Source: an uncultured Chitinophagaceae bacterium (lineage in GTDB: Bacteria > Bacteroidota > Bacteroidia > Chitinophagales > Chitinophagaceae). Taken from it: a stretch of DNA of 64,000 nucleotides. The first letter of the stretch is position 1. The number at the start of each line of letters is the position of its first letter. The notes under the pieces are model-generated. The model was not told the DNA's origin. It saw only the letters and a list, made by a program, of their open reading frames with translations, and did no database searches. Made by a program: the position numbers and the translations under genes. The stretch is from positions 59,033-123,032 of the forward strand of contig CAWDCB010000018.1 in the NCBI GenBank assembly GCA_963800635.1. Reading direction: 5' to 3'. Shown piece after piece: positions 62,561 to 64,000 of this stretch.

Positions 62561-63622
62561 TTAATTTTCATTTTCTTTGACGATCAGTTTTCTTAAGGCG
62601 AATACTAACTCCCGGTCTTTCTCTCTCAACTTTCCACTCCGGTCCGGTGGCAGATCCAGAATAAGTATGTTATTCTGCGATGTAGCTCTTTTGTATAGTT
62701 GCAGAAGTTCGTCCGGAGTTTTATAAACTGTATCCGTTGTATTGTAAAACCATTTTTGGCTTATGCATACTGTAGTTTCCCACGGCATATAATATAGCTT
62801 GCCATTATGAGAAAATAATTTTGGATCGGGATCAGCGGGAAGATAGGGATCACCCATTCTGAAATCACTCGGGAAATAGCGTATTGGGTAGCCTGTTTTT
62901 TGCATCGTTGGTAATAAAAACGACGAGTCAGGATCAGGATTATCCGGCCTTCCTATAGACCAGTTTACGCCCACCTGGCATTGAGGCGCCATCTTTTTTA
63001 CCGTTTCATAAATCTCAGCTATTGGCCAGCGCTCCCTTTTTTTTTCCCAGCCGGCATCGAGCCATAGCTCTACGACTTTTGTGTATTTATTAGTAATACC
63101 AATTAATTCTTTAATTTGACTCACTACATATTTATTATATGCTTCATCTAATGACCTGTTCGCAAGATCAGCATTTTGATGCCTGTCCCAGAGAGAGTAA
63201 TAAATGCCCATGCTGATGCCATATTTTTTACAAGCCCTGGCAACAGATTCTACTACATTTGTTTTATTGCCGGAACTGCCTACATCGTATGTCGTATACT
63301 TACTGTCCCAAAGGCAAAAACCATCGACATGCTTGGTTACCAGTATCACATATTTCATACCCGCCTCTTTGGCCGTATTAATCCACTGGTCAGCATCTAT
63401 TGTAAGAGGCCGATAAGCAGCGGCGGGCTTACTTCCGTCAGTCCATTCCTGGTCGTAAAATGTGTTGATGCCGAAGTGGATAAACATGCCGTACTTTCTT
63501 TCAATTTGGGCTAATTGATAGATACCCGGCTTGTTGGAAGGCAATGGTTCCTTCATTGGGTTTTGCGCAATTGCAGGCTGAATGCTTATTACAACAATAA
63601 AAAAGAAAAAGCGAATGCTCAT
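62561..63622 (-). CDS. Alpha-L-fucosidase (GH29)
   Basis: YGMFIHFG, KHVDGFCLW, YYSLWD, LWLDAG. Confidence 0.9.
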   Translation of the reverse strand: MSIRFFFFIVVISIQPAIAQNPMKEPLPSNKPGIYQLAQIERKYGMFIHFGINTFYDQEWTDGSKPAAAYRPLTIDADQWINTAKEAGMKYVILVTKHVDGFCLWDSKYTTYDVGSSGNKTNVVESVARACKKYGISMGIYYSLWDRHQNADLANRSLDEAYNKYVVSQIKELIGITNKYTKVVELWLDAGWEKKRERWPIAEIYETVKKMAPQCQVGVNWSIGRPDNPDPDSSFLLPTMQKTGYPIRYFPSDFRMGDPYLPADPDPKLFSHNGKLYYMPWETTVCISQKWFYNTTDTVYKTPDELLQLYKRATSQNNILILDLPPDRSGKLREKDRELVFALRKLIVKENEN

Positions 63623-63728
63623 TTGTGTCGTTGTTAGTCTTGTAAAAATATTGAACTTGCGGCAGATAGGCTTTTCGGAATAAAGTTACTTAGAGAGAGT
63701 TGTACTTTTGACTAATCAAATAAATAAT

Positions 63729-64000
63729 GTGAACAAGCTTATTTTATTTATCTGTATTTTATTTAATAAACCCGGTTTTTCGCAGACTGTTGTTAGCGGA
63801 AAGCATCTCGGCACGGATGGAGTGCCACAGAATTATGAGTTTCTCGACGGAGAAAAGAAACCCATTCCGATAGGAGACCGTGGTGATATTACCGGTTCCC
63901 CCTTATTGCAGAATAAATGGGCATTCGGAATTTTAAAACTTAAGAATGGAACTACATTTTCGGATTCTGCTATCAACTACTCCTTGTATTATGACAGGTT
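63729..64000 (+). CDS. Partial secreted hypothetical protein running off the window end
   Basis: GTG start, signal peptide, open to the end: GSPLLQNKWAFGILKLKNG..INYSLYYDR. Confidence 0.6.
   Translation, partial: MNKLILFICILFNKPGFSQTVVSGKHLGTDGVPQNYEFLDGEKKPIPIGDRGDITGSPLLQNKWAFGILKLKNGTTFSDSAINYSLYYDR

Overview
This is a chromosomal window from a Bacteroidota bacterium, most likely Chitinophagaceae-like, judging by TAnnTTTG promoters, T9SS-type cargo genes and short intergenic oligo-repeats. Many genes are split by single-base indels, including the essential rplB, rplW, rplD and ssb, which points to an unpolished long-read or MAG consensus rather than real pseudogenes. From left to right it contains: the start of the S10 ribosomal protein operon (minus strand); Hsp20, cold-shock, hydrolase and transporter genes; a TPR-histidine kinase/LytTR pair divergent from a DUF4907-like gene and two large ELWxxDGT-repeat T9SS proteins; glgP with a duplicated 3' end bracketing an LNPQPLPP-motif gene; mntR-mntH(USP) with a clear operator; a PAS kinase; GT9; transporters; ssb and a LexA-like S24 repressor with two CTAA-N5-TTAG boxes; a surface-modification trio; a tandem cluster of sensor-kinase paralogs; and a GH29 fucosidase. 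The outstanding feature is a 3.1-kb array at 41679-44795 with no ORF of 60 aa or more. It has ten ~280-bp palindromic cores bounded by 17-bp inverted repeats and joined by nine ~31-bp linkers. The copies are mosaic, have an internal three-fold REP-doublet substructure, and most carry a possible 40-46 aa ORF whose ATG lies inside a hairpin. No cas, transposase, integrase or reverse transcriptase gene is visible in the window.
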